A DNA stretch of 64,000 bases from Roseibacillus sp. (GCA_965242925.1 CBDEUM010000012.1:173857-237856), one strand, 5' to 3'; positions 9,487 to 20,092 are shown, counted from the stretch's first letter. The notes: generated by a model not told the origin, from the letters alone. Made by a program: numbers and translations.

Positions 9487-10976
9487 TGGGAAAGGAACTG
9501 GTCCTGATGACTGGGCGCAACATCCCGCTTAGTTTCTTCCGTCTCGTTCTTCAAAAAAGCCATCATCCGGTTCCATGCCTGGGACACCTCCATATCCTCG
9601 CCTTTCCGTCCCACGTCAACCACCGCCCGGTCCAGCGTTCCCTGCAGCTGAAAATCACGATAGTGACGATCGGATGTGACGAGCGGCGCCAACCAGGAGC
9701 GCGTCCAACCGCCGGTCAACATTGCCCCCACTGCGAATCGCGTGATGGTCGCGGCACGGTCCTGATCAGCCACCACGCGCAGCACTCCCCGAACCCGGCC
9801 ATCCGGAACGATCATTCCATTACCGAGAAAAGAAAGTTGCTCGCTGTGGAGTCGACCGTCAATGACCTGAAAGGTTCCTCCCCGCATGCTGGCAGTCAGT
9901 TTCCCGTGCTCAAACTCCACCTTGTCACCCCACACCGCATGAGTCAGACCGAGACCGGACGCCTCCAGCTCAAGGTTTCCTCGCCAGCTATTGAGAGAGG
10001 TCAGGGTCCCTCCCAGGCTTCCCTGCATATGAACGCGTCCAGCCTCCACTCCCATCTCAGACCACGGAGCCATCGGCACACTATTCATCCGCATCGGCCC
10101 GACCGGCACTTCAATTTTCACCAGGAAACGGGGCGTCCCCCTCATTCGGATTGAACCTTCGCTACGAACGGACAGGCCTTCCCAGTCGTACTCGGTCGGT
10201 GCCAACCGAAGAAAGGGACGGTGCCATTCGATCCGATTGCGCCAGGCACCGCTCAGGACCCGGCCTCCGAGAGTGAGCCCATCGCATTCGATCCAGCCCG
10301 GAGCATCCTCTCCCTGCAGAGGCACCTTTCCCCGGAGGTTATGCAGAACAAACCCGCCTTTGCCCTTACCTTTACTGGAGTAAACGCCTATCTCACAGCG
10401 ATCCAGGATGACCATGGACCGACGACCCGCAGGGGGACGACCCCGCTCCGGGGCCCTGACAGGCTGACTCCCCGATTTCTTCCCTCCCGGCTTCGGACCG
10501 GTCTCACTTTTCTCTCCTCCCGGTGCCGGGAGCGGCTCCGGAGAAGCAGTGGTTTCCTTCCCCGGCGTCTCCCCCCCGGGCAGGAGAGCCAGCAGTTCCA
10601 TGGGAATGGCAATCGTTCCCCGTCGTATCCGAATCTCGCGCAGCTCAAGTTCTCCCTTCGGGAGAGCATCCCAGTAAACCTGCACGTCAACATCGGCCCG
10701 GCAGAGCGCCCGAACCGTCATGCCGATCTCCTGATTGCGGATCTCCGCGGTAACATCCCGTATCTGAATTCCCGTCCACGGTGTCCAGGAAAGAGATCCT
10801 ATGTTCCATTCGAAATCCGATCGGCGTTCCAGTTTGTGCTCGAACCAATTTCGGACCACGCGTGTCTGCAGCATCAGATTGGAGACAATGAGCAAACCGA
10901 GCGAAAGCACCGACAAGGGCACCAGAAACCAACGGATGATCACAATGCCCGCAGATGTTTTCTCGCGCGCCTTCAA
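9483..10976 (-). CDS. AsmA-like hypothetical envelope protein
   Basis: N-terminal TM anchor followed by long beta-rich region; overlaps rsmD start by 4 bp. Confidence 0.55.
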   Translation of the reverse strand: MKAREKTSAGIVIIRWFLVPLSVLSLGLLIVSNLMLQTRVVRNWFEHKLERRSDFEWNIGSLSWTPWTGIQIRDVTAEIRNQEIGMTVRALCRADVDVQVYWDALPKGELELREIRIRRGTIAIPMELLALLPGGETPGKETTASPEPLPAPGGEKSETGPKPGGKKSGSQPVRAPERGRPPAGRRSMVILDRCEIGVYSSKGKGKGGFVLHNLRGKVPLQGEDAPGWIECDGLTLGGRVLSGAWRNRIEWHRPFLRLAPTEYDWEGLSVRSEGSIRMRGTPRFLVKIEVPVGPMRMNSVPMAPWSEMGVEAGRVHMQGSLGGTLTSLNSWRGNLELEASGLGLTHAVWGDKVEFEHGKLTASMRGGTFQVIDGRLHSEQLSFLGNGMIVPDGRVRGVLRVVADQDRAATITRFAVGAMLTGGWTRSWLAPLVTSDRHYRDFQLQGTLDRAVVDVGRKGEDMEVSQAWNRMMAFLKNETEETKRDVAPSHQDQFLSQ

Positions 10977-10989
10977 AAGGGGTGAGGCG

Positions 10990-11706
10990 CTATTTGCCGG
11001 GCATGGGGAACCTGATCACCATGCTCCGGTCAAAGAGGATTCTGCCCGAGGGGGAAGTCGACTGCAGCCGGTAGACCAGAAGCCCCCACCGGGTTGCCAC
11101 CAGTGTCCCGATCCCGAAATTCTCCTTGGTCTTTCCCAGGCTGTCCTCCTCCTGAAACCTCCACTCGTGTCCCGTCCACTTACCCAGAATGCTGCGGGGA
11201 TCCGCATCAATGTCCTTAAGGCGGACGAGCTCTCCATTGGGTGATTTGACCACGTCCTTCCCCTCCTGGTAGCGCAACAGGGAAATAGATGCGCCCCTTC
11301 CTGACACCCGGACCATCCACTCCCCCTTTTTCGTCTGCTCCAGCCGCACCACCACGTTTCCGTCCTTCAATGGAACCAGCTTCCGCTCATCCCACAACCT
11401 GTTATAGGTATCGTAATCCTCCTTGGTGAGCCCGAGCTTCTCGTGGAAAGGCAACGGAACACCGGGTCTGGCATTCTTGGAGTAGGTCTTGAACCACTCC
11501 GGGTCTGCCTGCGCAGCCTTCTCGACCTTCCTCACATACCCGTTGATTTCCTTGGGAGGTTCCACCACCACCACCTGTCCACGCGCAGCCACCCCGGGGG
11601 TCAGATACTTCCCGAGAACTACGGGAACCTTCTGGCCGATCGCTCCCTGGGAGAGGATCACAAGAACGCTGCATACCATGCCCACTGACTGGATGATTTT
11701 TTTCAT
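10990..11706 (-). CDS. Exported hypothetical protein
   Basis: Signal peptide MKKIIQSVGMVCSVLVILSQGAIG; co-directional with neighbours. Confidence 0.7.
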   Translation of the reverse strand: MKKIIQSVGMVCSVLVILSQGAIGQKVPVVLGKYLTPGVAARGQVVVVEPPKEINGYVRKVEKAAQADPEWFKTYSKNARPGVPLPFHEKLGLTKEDYDTYNRLWDERKLVPLKDGNVVVRLEQTKKGEWMVRVSGRGASISLLRYQEGKDVVKSPNGELVRLKDIDADPRSILGKWTGHEWRFQEEDSLGKTKENFGIGTLVATRWGLLVYRLQSTSPSGRILFDRSMVIRFPMPGK

Positions 11707-11818
11707 TTCAAGGCGGGGTCAGGAGTCCGCCGGAGGATGGCACTACGAGTACCCTCCTGCCAGCATGGCAACTCCTTACCACCACTGAGTCACCCCCGCA
11801 ACCAGACTGATCGCAAAC

Positions 11819-12892
11819 TCAGGGTTGGACCGCGGATTCGCTCTCTTCGATTTGGATCCAGGAGCTTGCCAGCACCTTCTCCACCAGCACCGAGCGCCGG
11901 GATCCTGTGTCCGGAAGGAACCGCAGGCGCAGGCGCAATGGGAGTTGTCCCTTCCTGTTCCCCAGCAAAGCGGTCAATCCACGCCCGTGCGCGCTCCCTT
12001 TCTCAATGTATCCAAAAAGGAACTCATCCTCGTCCCGAAAGGTGAGTTTCAGGGACTGGTAGCGTTCCTTGTCCGAAAATTCGTATCCGTAGAACGTATC
12101 CAGTGCCGCATTAACCCGAAAGTCCATCGCCTCGGTCGGCTTTTTCTCCAGGTAGTCCGAGATTGCCATCGGCTGATAGCTCACTTCCGATTCCCAATCA
12201 AAACGCAGTTCTCCGTCCGCACAATCCTCCACGAGCAGCAACCGTGCATCTGATTTCCCTTCGACCATCCCATCGATCACGAAAAACGGATAGTTCTCCA
12301 CTTGGGTCGGCTTGATATCCCCGACCGCCTCAAAGCGGGCACTTGTCAGTTCGTGACGCCGGTAATACTCCCTCATGAGCGGCAGAACCCGTGCCCGATG
12401 CCTTACATACCTTGATTTCTCCTCCACCGAGGTGGCAGCCAGATACTTCCTGGTCACCTGCTCTACCCTCTCCAGGAGTTTTTCAGCATCCCCGTCTTGC
12501 TTCATCCTCACCTCCTCCTTGACCACGTTCTTCTCGGTCACCGCCTTCTCTCCTCTTATCAACATGAATAATCCCCCCAGTCCCATTACGAGAAGCAGCA
12601 CTCCGATCAGGACCAGCCACCCCATCGGCGTGGTTTTCTCCGATTCTCTTTCATCAAAGTCCCAGGCAACCCCGAGTTCTTCGGCCGCCGCCTCCGGATC
12701 GGCCTCCATCTCTTCCATGGGCTTCAGTTCCCGGTCCACTTGCATGCGAACCTTCTCCTCCCCCATCAGGGATAGCGGCGTATCAAGCTGTTGCCCCGGA
12801 CCGCTCTCGGGCCCGGGCAATCGGACTACTTCCTGATCGGGAGCAGGCGTACCTTCCTGCTCTCCTCCACTGGGTCGACGCTGGTTCGCCAT
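11819..12892 (-). CDS. Hypothetical single-pass membrane protein
   Basis: Acidic N-terminus, one TM helix (WLVLIGVLLLVMGLGGLFMLI), globular C-terminal part with FDWES. Confidence 0.7.
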   Translation of the reverse strand: MANQRRPSGGEQEGTPAPDQEVVRLPGPESGPGQQLDTPLSLMGEEKVRMQVDRELKPMEEMEADPEAAAEELGVAWDFDERESEKTTPMGWLVLIGVLLLVMGLGGLFMLIRGEKAVTEKNVVKEEVRMKQDGDAEKLLERVEQVTRKYLAATSVEEKSRYVRHRARVLPLMREYYRRHELTSARFEAVGDIKPTQVENYPFFVIDGMVEGKSDARLLLVEDCADGELRFDWESEVSYQPMAISDYLEKKPTEAMDFRVNAALDTFYGYEFSDKERYQSLKLTFRDEDEFLFGYIEKGSAHGRGLTALLGNRKGQLPLRLRLRFLPDTGSRRSVLVEKVLASSWIQIEESESAVQP

Positions 12893-13013
12893 CGCAGGAA
12901 CCCAATGTGCTCCAAAAACCCTCCGCTGGCAACCCTAGACCCTGCCTGCGAACCTCGTAAATATATGCAACATCACTGGTCGGATCCCCTGCCATACCCT
13001 ACAACCCGCTCTC

Positions 13014-14153
13014 ATGAGCCTCTCCCGCCCGCCCCGAGTTCTCATTGCAACTGCGGGCTTTGGCGACGGACACAATACCGCCGCCCGGGGGCTCGCCAAG
13101 GCCCTGGAAGGTCAGGCTGAGTCCCTCGTAACCGATCCCTGCGAGGAGGCGGCCCCCTGGCTCAACAACGTTCTGCGCAATGGTTATCGCTTCGTGACCA
13201 CCTACCTGCCCCGCACCTGGAAGCGAATCTACAACAGCGTGGAACACCACGACTTCTCCCGTCAGAAAATCCCGTTCATGCGTAATGTGGAAACCGCGTT
13301 TGCAGCACAGGTGAAGAGGTTCAATCCGGATGTGATCGTCTCCACCTATCCGCTCTACCCCTACTTTGTTGAACGCTACATCAAAGGTGGTGGCCGCCCC
13401 TGTCCCATGGTCACCATCGTCACCGACTCCATCGAGATCAATGCCTCCTGGCGCAAATCCCCAACTGATTTCTGGCTTGTCACCGACCGGGAAACAAAAA
13501 GCTCATTGATCGAACAGAAGCTGCCGGAACAAAAAATCATCGAGACAGGATTTCCGGTGGATCCCATCTTTGACAAGCTGTCGCCGGTCCCGACAGACGA
13601 CCACGCCAAACCCTTTCGAGTTCTTTACTTTCCCACGGCGAGCAAGTCTTCCCTGATCCCTACGGCCCATACCATCCTGGAACATCAACCCTGGCCCATC
13701 GAGCTTACCATTGTGCTCGGACGAAATTTCCGGCGACTCTACCACCTCGCGCGGAAACTCGTGGACGCTTACCCCAATCGCGTCCGGATCAAGGGATGGT
13801 CCCGAAGGGTTCCGGAACTGCTCTGCGAGCATCACCTGGTAGTGGGCAAGGCCGGTGGCGCCACCGTTCACGAATCCATCGCCGCGTGCTGCCCCATGCT
13901 GATTCAGCACCTCGTGCCCGGGCAGGAAGAGGGCAACCTCGAACTACTGCGCCGGATTGGAGCTGGTGACCTCGCTGAAACCGGACCAGCCCTGGCCGCC
14001 GCACTGCGCGATCTCCTTTCCGACCGGGCCTCTCACTGGCACAGGCAGAAACACCGCCTCGCCCTCCATGCGCGTCCGGCGGCTTCCAGGGTGGCCGCCG
14101 GCTTTGTTCTGGAACTCGCTGCAAAAGCCCGGTCCAGTCCGGCCCCTAACTGA
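13014..14153 (+). CDS. MGDG synthase/UgtP-like diacylglycerol glycosyltransferase (GT28)
   Basis: TAGFGDGH, VSTYP, IVTD, GFPV, GKAGGATVHE, PGQEEGN. Confidence 0.85.
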   Translation: MSLSRPPRVLIATAGFGDGHNTAARGLAKALEGQAESLVTDPCEEAAPWLNNVLRNGYRFVTTYLPRTWKRIYNSVEHHDFSRQKIPFMRNVETAFAAQVKRFNPDVIVSTYPLYPYFVERYIKGGGRPCPMVTIVTDSIEINASWRKSPTDFWLVTDRETKSSLIEQKLPEQKIIETGFPVDPIFDKLSPVPTDDHAKPFRVLYFPTASKSSLIPTAHTILEHQPWPIELTIVLGRNFRRLYHLARKLVDAYPNRVRIKGWSRRVPELLCEHHLVVGKAGGATVHESIAACCPMLIQHLVPGQEEGNLELLRRIGAGDLAETGPALAAALRDLLSDRASHWHRQKHRLALHARPAASRVAAGFVLELAAKARSSPAPN

Positions 14154-14168
14154 TCCACCCCCATCACC

Positions 14169-14816
14169 ATGCCTGTGCCGCCCACTGCCGCCCTCTTCGA
14201 TATCGGAAATGTCCTCGTAGAGGTTGATTTTGCCCGGGGATTGACTCCGCTTGTCTCCCCGGAAGCTGGCCCACCCCACCTGCGCCTGCGGAGCCTGCTG
14301 GAAAAGTGCAATGAACTGGAGACCGGCCAGGTCGCGCCCGACGAGTTCATCGCCATGGCCTCTGAATGCCTCGCTTTCACCGGTCCGGCCGAAGAATTCC
14401 GGGACGCCTGGAATTCCATTTTCCGTCCCCTGCGCTCGATGTGGTCAGTCGTGTCCTTCCTCAGATCACTCCGCCTGAAGCTCATTCTCTTCTCCAACAC
14501 CAACTGCATGCACATTGAGTGGCTTCTCACGAACCACGAGATATTCGAGGAGTTCGGAGGGCGGGTCTTCTCCCACGAAGTGGGTTTCACCAAGCCCGAC
14601 CCGGCCATCTACCACCACGCCATCACCGAATTCAACCTCACCCCGGAGGAGACGCTCTACATCGACGATCTCCCGGAAAACATCGCCACCGGCCACACCC
14701 TGGGACTGCGATGCCACCAGTATTCACGGGAGAGACACCACGAATTCATTGCCTGGCTCGATCAGGAATTCGGCCTGCCGGGCGGGGGGGCACACGGCAC
14801 AATGGCCCCCACCTAA
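14169..14816 (+). CDS. HAD-superfamily phosphatase (YihX-like)
   Basis: FDIGNVL, SNTN, KPDPAIY, YIDDLPEN. Confidence 0.88.
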   Translation: MPVPPTAALFDIGNVLVEVDFARGLTPLVSPEAGPPHLRLRSLLEKCNELETGQVAPDEFIAMASECLAFTGPAEEFRDAWNSIFRPLRSMWSVVSFLRSLRLKLILFSNTNCMHIEWLLTNHEIFEEFGGRVFSHEVGFTKPDPAIYHHAITEFNLTPEETLYIDDLPENIATGHTLGLRCHQYSRERHHEFIAWLDQEFGLPGGGAHGTMAPT

Positions 14817-16234
14817 TCCCTGGTCTTTTCGGCAAAAAGCCGCTGCATGGAGTCGAGATACTCCGAAACCGGGCCTTGATGACGGCGGGGTTTGGTTTGC
14901 AGTTTCTCCTTCAATTCGACAAAGCTCTCGAAGTCGCCCGTGAGTTGCTTTGAGTTGGTGATACGGTACCACTCAAGGTAGTCGCGAGCCCGGTTCCCAA
15001 GGGAACGAAGCCGCTCGCGTTCCTGGGCAAGTTCCTGCAGACGCTCCCCAATCTGCTCATCCCGGTCTGAGGCAATCTCACCCAGAAGAGTGAGATACTC
15101 CACTAACACCGGCCGATGGGACGGGAAGGCACGATACAGGAACTGCCCGCCCCGTTCCACCACCGGGCGAATGGAAGCCTGCCGTTGCTTGAGAGGGAGC
15201 GCGAGGAGATCGCGGAACTGATCGGTCCCAACTTCGATCAGATTCCCGGAGGGATCATTGAAACGCACCACCAGAAGAGCCTGCAACTCCTTCTCCGTCT
15301 CCCCGATGGTGAGGACATGGGGAAACGGCTTCTCGGCCATCTGTGCCAACTGGAGGGCCCACCACTTGGAAAAGCTCTCGGGGCCCAGGTTCATGCCCGG
15401 AAAATGCTTCATCAGCAGCGCCATCTCATCCCCCTCAAAGGTGGACAGTTCGCGAAGCATTGTCCGCATCGACTTCCGCCCGCCATTCTGCTCAAGGAGG
15501 GACATGACCAGTGCCCCGGAAGAAGCCCGGAAGGCCGCCCGTGCAATCGAATCCATCTCCTCAAGCGGTCTCATCTCAAGGAGTTTCTTCACGGGGTAGA
15601 GTTCATTCTTCCTGAAGAGGGCCGCATAGAGAGCGTGCTCGCGCTCGCCACGCTTCCAGCGAAAACTCTCAAGCATACCCTCCACCAGCCAGCCCGGAAC
15701 ACCCAACGATCCCACCGCCTCATCTCCCCTCCCCCGCAATCCATACTCGATCAGGAGGAGCTCCAGGAGGGCAGGTTCCAAGCCAACGGGCTTTCCCCGG
15801 GCCAGGAACACATCGAGTTGCAGGCGGTAGCCTCCAGGCACATGAAAAAAGTTCGTCTTCATGGGGGACTCACCTTCACGAAGCTGGATCGCAATGGCAT
15901 GTTCCCATCCCTCCTCGTCCTTCCCGATCGTCTCCAGAAGAGCCCCCCGGGTGCTTTCCGCTACCGAGGCGATGGCCCCCCGGGTGACGAAGTCGGCCCC
16001 GTGTACCACGAACTGCCGCGATTCACTCTCGGTCCGCTGAGAGGGAGCCTTGGACTCCTCCTCACCCACCAGTTCCAATGCGATGGAAGGAGCAGGCTGT
16101 GGGGCGGCCTCCGGGATGACTTCCCCCGGGCGCTCCGGCAGCGGGTCGGGGCGCACCTCTCCCTGACCCAGGGCAATGACCGAGATGCCGAATATCCACG
16201 GGGCACTGGCCAGACCTGGACGGAAATACTTCAC
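14813..16234 (-). CDS. Exported hypothetical protein
   Basis: Signal-like N-terminus; PGWLVEG resembles a gluzincin-type segment but no HExxH is present. Confidence 0.65.
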   Translation of the reverse strand: MKYFRPGLASAPWIFGISVIALGQGEVRPDPLPERPGEVIPEAAPQPAPSIALELVGEEESKAPSQRTESESRQFVVHGADFVTRGAIASVAESTRGALLETIGKDEEGWEHAIAIQLREGESPMKTNFFHVPGGYRLQLDVFLARGKPVGLEPALLELLLIEYGLRGRGDEAVGSLGVPGWLVEGMLESFRWKRGEREHALYAALFRKNELYPVKKLLEMRPLEEMDSIARAAFRASSGALVMSLLEQNGGRKSMRTMLRELSTFEGDEMALLMKHFPGMNLGPESFSKWWALQLAQMAEKPFPHVLTIGETEKELQALLVVRFNDPSGNLIEVGTDQFRDLLALPLKQRQASIRPVVERGGQFLYRAFPSHRPVLVEYLTLLGEIASDRDEQIGERLQELAQERERLRSLGNRARDYLEWYRITNSKQLTGDFESFVELKEKLQTKPRRHQGPVSEYLDSMQRLFAEKTRD

Positions 16235-16345
16235 AAGGAAAAGGAAGCACCCTCATGCCCCAGAACCCTCTCCATTGCAAGGAGCCAGGCGATCAAGTCG
16301 TTCCCTCCCCAGGGACAGCACCCTTCACGGAATGATTCGCCCGCC

Positions 16346-17147
16346 TTATTCGGCGAACCGGACTGACAGACTACCATCAGTCTTCCTGAGGGGGGGCTCT
16401 TCCGGTGGGGACAGCTCCATTACACCGTCCGAAACCTTGATCTGAAACTTGCCGCGGAACATGTCCCACACCTGCTTGGTCTCCTCAGCGTAGGCTTCCC
16501 GGAGGGCGGTAAAGGAGGGTCCTATCAACCACACGAATCCGTTAATCACACGGGTCCGCCCCCACCTCCCCGTCCTCTTCTTATTTAGGAGCTGCGTAGA
16601 AACCTTTCCATCTTCATCCTTGGTCTGCCGCGGAAACAGGAGCATCGAGACCGTGTGCCGCTTGTCCCACCAGGTGATCTCTCGCTCAATGATCACCTCG
16701 ATGACGCCCTCCTCCAGTTTTATCCACGCCCCACGCGCAGTGACAAAACTCTTGAACCAGCCCTCCTGCTCGAACTTGAGAGTGCGACGGATGTAGTTGT
16801 TGATCTCTTCTTCCGTAATCCGCACCCCATGCTTGTTCTTGGCCGCATTCTCAAGAACAGTGCCAAGATTGCGTCCTCCCAACAGAGGGAGCGGGGAATC
16901 ATTCCGATCCTTCTGATACCCCTCGATATCGGAGAGATCCTGAGGATCAAAGGAGAGATAGGCCAGACCCCCAATCACCACCAGGCCCAACAGAGATACA
17001 AAGAGGAGATTCTTGAAGAAGGTGCCTTTCTTGGTGGGTGGGGGCGCCTTACGCTTCTCCTTGCTCGAATCCTTGCTCGAATCCTTGCTCGAATCCTTTC
17101 CTCGTCTTCAGCCATCGCTCATCCTTGTCTTTCTCGTCTTCAGCCAT
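16346..17147 (-). CDS. Hypothetical membrane-anchored protein with a disrupted 5' end
   Basis: Open frame 16346-17048 including TM (LLFVSLLGLVVIGGLAYL); likely ATG (MAEDEKDK) at 17147 or 17115 is separated from it by repeats and an in-frame TAA. Confidence 0.55.
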
Positions 17148-17153
17148 CGCTCA
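17058..17153. repeat. 12-bp tandem repeat x3.4 plus a 21-bp direct repeat
   Basis: (TCCTTGCTCGAA)x3 at 17058-17093 plus partial copy; CTCGTCTTCAGCCATCGCTCA at 17101-17121 and 17133-17153. Confidence 0.9.
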
Positions 17154-17192
17154 GTGGGGAGTATTCCGTATCCCGCGGACACTGTCGAGAAA

Positions 17193-17540
17193 TCAGAGTT
17201 GGGCTGACAGGGTCACAATGTCACTCGTCCTTGGCCGCGCCACCTCCCCGCCACCGGCATCTGTCTTCGAGCCGGATGCGGAGGACTCACCTGATTTGGA
17301 TTCTTTGGGCTTCGCGGCCTCCGATTCCTTCTTGGCTCCGCTCTTGTAGGACTCGCTGCGGTAGTCCGTCTCGTAAAACCCCCCTCCCTTGAAGATGATG
17401 CCAGCCCCGGTGCCCAGCAACCGTTTCACCGCTCCATCACAATCCTCCTTTGGACAGTCTTTCAGCTTCTCGTCATTCATGCTTTGGAAGTACTCGAACT
17501 CGTGTCCGCACTTCTCGCAAACGTAGTCGTAGGTCGGCAT
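17193..17540 (-). CDS. FmdB-family zinc-ribbon regulatory protein
   Basis: MPTYDYVCEKCGHEFE...CPKEDC...FKGGGFYETDY; true stop may be TGA at 17221 if one G is missing near 17246. Confidence 0.9.
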   Translation of the reverse strand: MPTYDYVCEKCGHEFEYFQSMNDEKLKDCPKEDCDGAVKRLLGTGAGIIFKGGGFYETDYRSESYKSGAKKESEAAKPKESKSGESSASGSKTDAGGGEVARPRTSDIVTLSAQL

Positions 17541-17667
17541 GAGGGTGGGTTACAAAGCACCAAGACCGCCCCTTGGCAAGAGGGATGTCCCGTGGATCCG
17601 CTTGCATCCGCCCGAAAGGCTGGAACAATGCAGTCCCCAACCGCTCTTTCGCGAAATCCGCCAACCC

Positions 17668-20046
17668 GTGAGCCAGGAATCGAGCCAGCGCACCTCCACC
17701 TCTCCTGCTTGGAATCGTGCACTCACCCTGGCCTGGCTCGCTGGAGCCCTTGTCCTCCAGGTTCCCTTCCAGCGCATTCTCAAATTCGGACCCGGAAATC
17801 TTGGCTACAATATCCTGATGGGAGCGGCCGCCATCACCCTCGGCGTGGTGATGCTCGTCGGCCTTACCCATTTTTACCGTCGTCTTTTCGAAAACAGCTC
17901 CAACGAATATCTAGCATATCGCCTCACCCTGGGAACTCTCGGAACTGCCAACTTCATCCTTCTCGTCACTCTGTTCCCGGTTGTTCCCTATGGCCTCTAT
18001 TGGGCAGCCCTGGCCACCCTCGGCGCCTGGTTGGTCATTCTCTTCATACAGGTCTGCAACTCCCTCCGAAAACCGGGCAAGGAGCAGATCCGCCATGTCA
18101 TCCCCTCCGGTATCCGGCACAAGTCCTGGCCCTTCAACGGTGCCTTCTGGGTGCTGGTTCTGGTCCTGCTTCTCGTCCGCGATCTGACTTCCTTCGCCGA
18201 GATCAAGGACAAGACCGTGTGGGAATCCCTCCTCCTCATTCTGGGCCGCGTCCTTTCCCTGGGCGGCTTCACGATGGCGGCAATCCTGATCTCCCACGCC
18301 CTTCTTGCCTTTTCCCCTCCCTGCACCCGCTGGCCGGTCATTGCTGGAATCGTTCTCATTCCTCTCGTGGTCCTGGCCGACTCCGCCGCCAACCTGTACT
18401 GGCAGCAACCCCTGGTGGATCTCGTCAACAATCTTACTCTCGACGGCAAGTTCGATATGCGCGTGGAACTGGAGGCCGCGGGAATCAGGCAGTCCCCCCT
18501 GCAGGTCACTCTGGCCGTGCTCGGAGTAATAGCCCTCGCCAGCGGAGCCTACTTCGGTCTGCAGAGACTCTCCCGCAAATTCAATCTCCGCCTGCGCACT
18601 TCGCGAGCTGTTCTCATATTTGGCGGACTGTGGATGGGTGCGATCCTCCAGCAGTCCCTCAGCATGGTGAGCGTGCGCAAGGAAGTCTGGCAGGCCGAGC
18701 ATGCCACCTTTTCCATCCATCTGGGCCTTCTCCGGCCCGATCCCGGCCTCGAAAAACTCTCTGTTCGCTTCATCCTCACCCAAACCAAAAGTGAGGAAGA
18801 ACACCTCCTGTCCGATCCCCTTCCCTCTCTCGAAAGGAAGCCTGATATCTATATCGTGATGGTGGAGACCTGGCGCGCTGATACCGTACGTCCCCCGATC
18901 ATGCCCTTCCTCTCCCGCTTCGCGAAGGAGGAGTGCCAGCAGTTTGACATCACCTTTTCCGGATCCAACTGCACCCCGGTCTCCTGGTATACCCTCTTTC
19001 ACAGCAAAATTGGCATCGGCTGGCGCGACGCCCTGGGAGAGGCCGGGGAACCGGGCGGCTTCAAGGGGTCCTACCCCATCCGCCTTCTCCACAAGCTCGG
19101 CTACCGCTGCAGCGTCCGGGCGGTATGCGATCTGGCCTACAAGCAGATGTGCGACCTTAATTTCGGGACTGAGCACAAGTTTGCGGAGCAGTTTCTCGAT
19201 GCCCCTTTAATTCCGGGCGGCCTCGGAATTCCGGAACGCGAAATGGTGATTCTGGATGATCTCAAGACCCAGCTGGAAAACACGCCCAAGGGTGGCAACC
19301 TGCACTTCATCTCCCTCGACTCGGCCCACTACAACTACTACTGGCCCGACAAGGACTTCATTCCTATTCACCGGGACTGCTCCACCATCGACTTTGGTGC
19401 CCTCAAGCCCACCCCGGGACAGATCCGGGAAGTGGTCAAGCGCTACGAAAATGCGGTGAACTGGATTGACCGGCAGATGGAGGAGTTCATCACCTATCTC
19501 AAGAAGCAGGGCCGCTACGACAACTCGATCATCATTCTGACCGGAGATCACGGGGAGGAATTCCAGGAAAACGGGGCCTGGTTCCACTGTTCCAGCCTGC
19601 GGCGGGAACAGGTCGAAGTGCCTATCATGATCCGATGGCCCGGGTGGGTGCCGAACCAGCCTCGACAGGCTCTCGTCTCCCACATGGATGTCATGCCCAG
19701 CGTCCTCGATGCGCTGGGTCTGGATCCCAAGTACTTCCAGGGGCTGGCCGGCTACTCCGTTCTGAGTGATCACCCCGGGGAAGCTCTCCTCAGCACGCGC
19801 TGGCCCGGCAAGTCCGGCATTGGCGTGTGCCTTGTGGCCGACGGAAAGAAAGCCAACTTCAAGGCTACCAAGCTCTGGCTCGACGGAATTCCGGAGACTC
19901 TGTTCTTCATGGGATGGACAGACTTCGGCGACCACCCGCTCAATCCCCTGGAGATCCGTAGAACCCGCCACTGCCGCGATACCCTCCAGGATCAATACCC
20001 GCACTCCATCGAGCGTCATTTTGACCGATTTCAGGTGGCCGAGTGA
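17668..20046 (+). CDS. Membrane-anchored sulfatase-fold protein (YejM/PbgA/LtaS-like)
   Basis: Multiple N-terminal TM helices, then PDIYIVMVETWRAD, SGSNCT, SAHYNY, TGDHGEEF, SHMDVMPS; no CxPxR; start GTG 17668 is a guess (ORF opens at 17539). Confidence 0.75.
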   Translation: MSQESSQRTSTSPAWNRALTLAWLAGALVLQVPFQRILKFGPGNLGYNILMGAAAITLGVVMLVGLTHFYRRLFENSSNEYLAYRLTLGTLGTANFILLVTLFPVVPYGLYWAALATLGAWLVILFIQVCNSLRKPGKEQIRHVIPSGIRHKSWPFNGAFWVLVLVLLLVRDLTSFAEIKDKTVWESLLLILGRVLSLGGFTMAAILISHALLAFSPPCTRWPVIAGIVLIPLVVLADSAANLYWQQPLVDLVNNLTLDGKFDMRVELEAAGIRQSPLQVTLAVLGVIALASGAYFGLQRLSRKFNLRLRTSRAVLIFGGLWMGAILQQSLSMVSVRKEVWQAEHATFSIHLGLLRPDPGLEKLSVRFILTQTKSEEEHLLSDPLPSLERKPDIYIVMVETWRADTVRPPIMPFLSRFAKEECQQFDITFSGSNCTPVSWYTLFHSKIGIGWRDALGEAGEPGGFKGSYPIRLLHKLGYRCSVRAVCDLAYKQMCDLNFGTEHKFAEQFLDAPLIPGGLGIPEREMVILDDLKTQLENTPKGGNLHFISLDSAHYNYYWPDKDFIPIHRDCSTIDFGALKPTPGQIREVVKRYENAVNWIDRQMEEFITYLKKQGRYDNSIIILTGDHGEEFQENGAWFHCSSLRREQVEVPIMIRWPGWVPNQPRQALVSHMDVMPSVLDALGLDPKYFQGLAGYSVLSDHPGEALLSTRWPGKSGIGVCLVADGKKANFKATKLWLDGIPETLFFMGWTDFGDHPLNPLEIRRTRHCRDTLQDQYPHSIERHFDRFQVAE

Positions 20047-20092
20047 CGCCTCTCCTGCTCGAATCCAGCCCCACCCCGAATCCCGATCTGGC

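Noticed and set aside
14813..16234. Zinc metallopeptidase
   Set aside because: PxWxxEG-like segment is present but HExxH is absent.
17668..20046. True formylglycine sulfatase
   Set aside because: No C/SxPxR motif; architecture fits the YejM/LtaS-like group.
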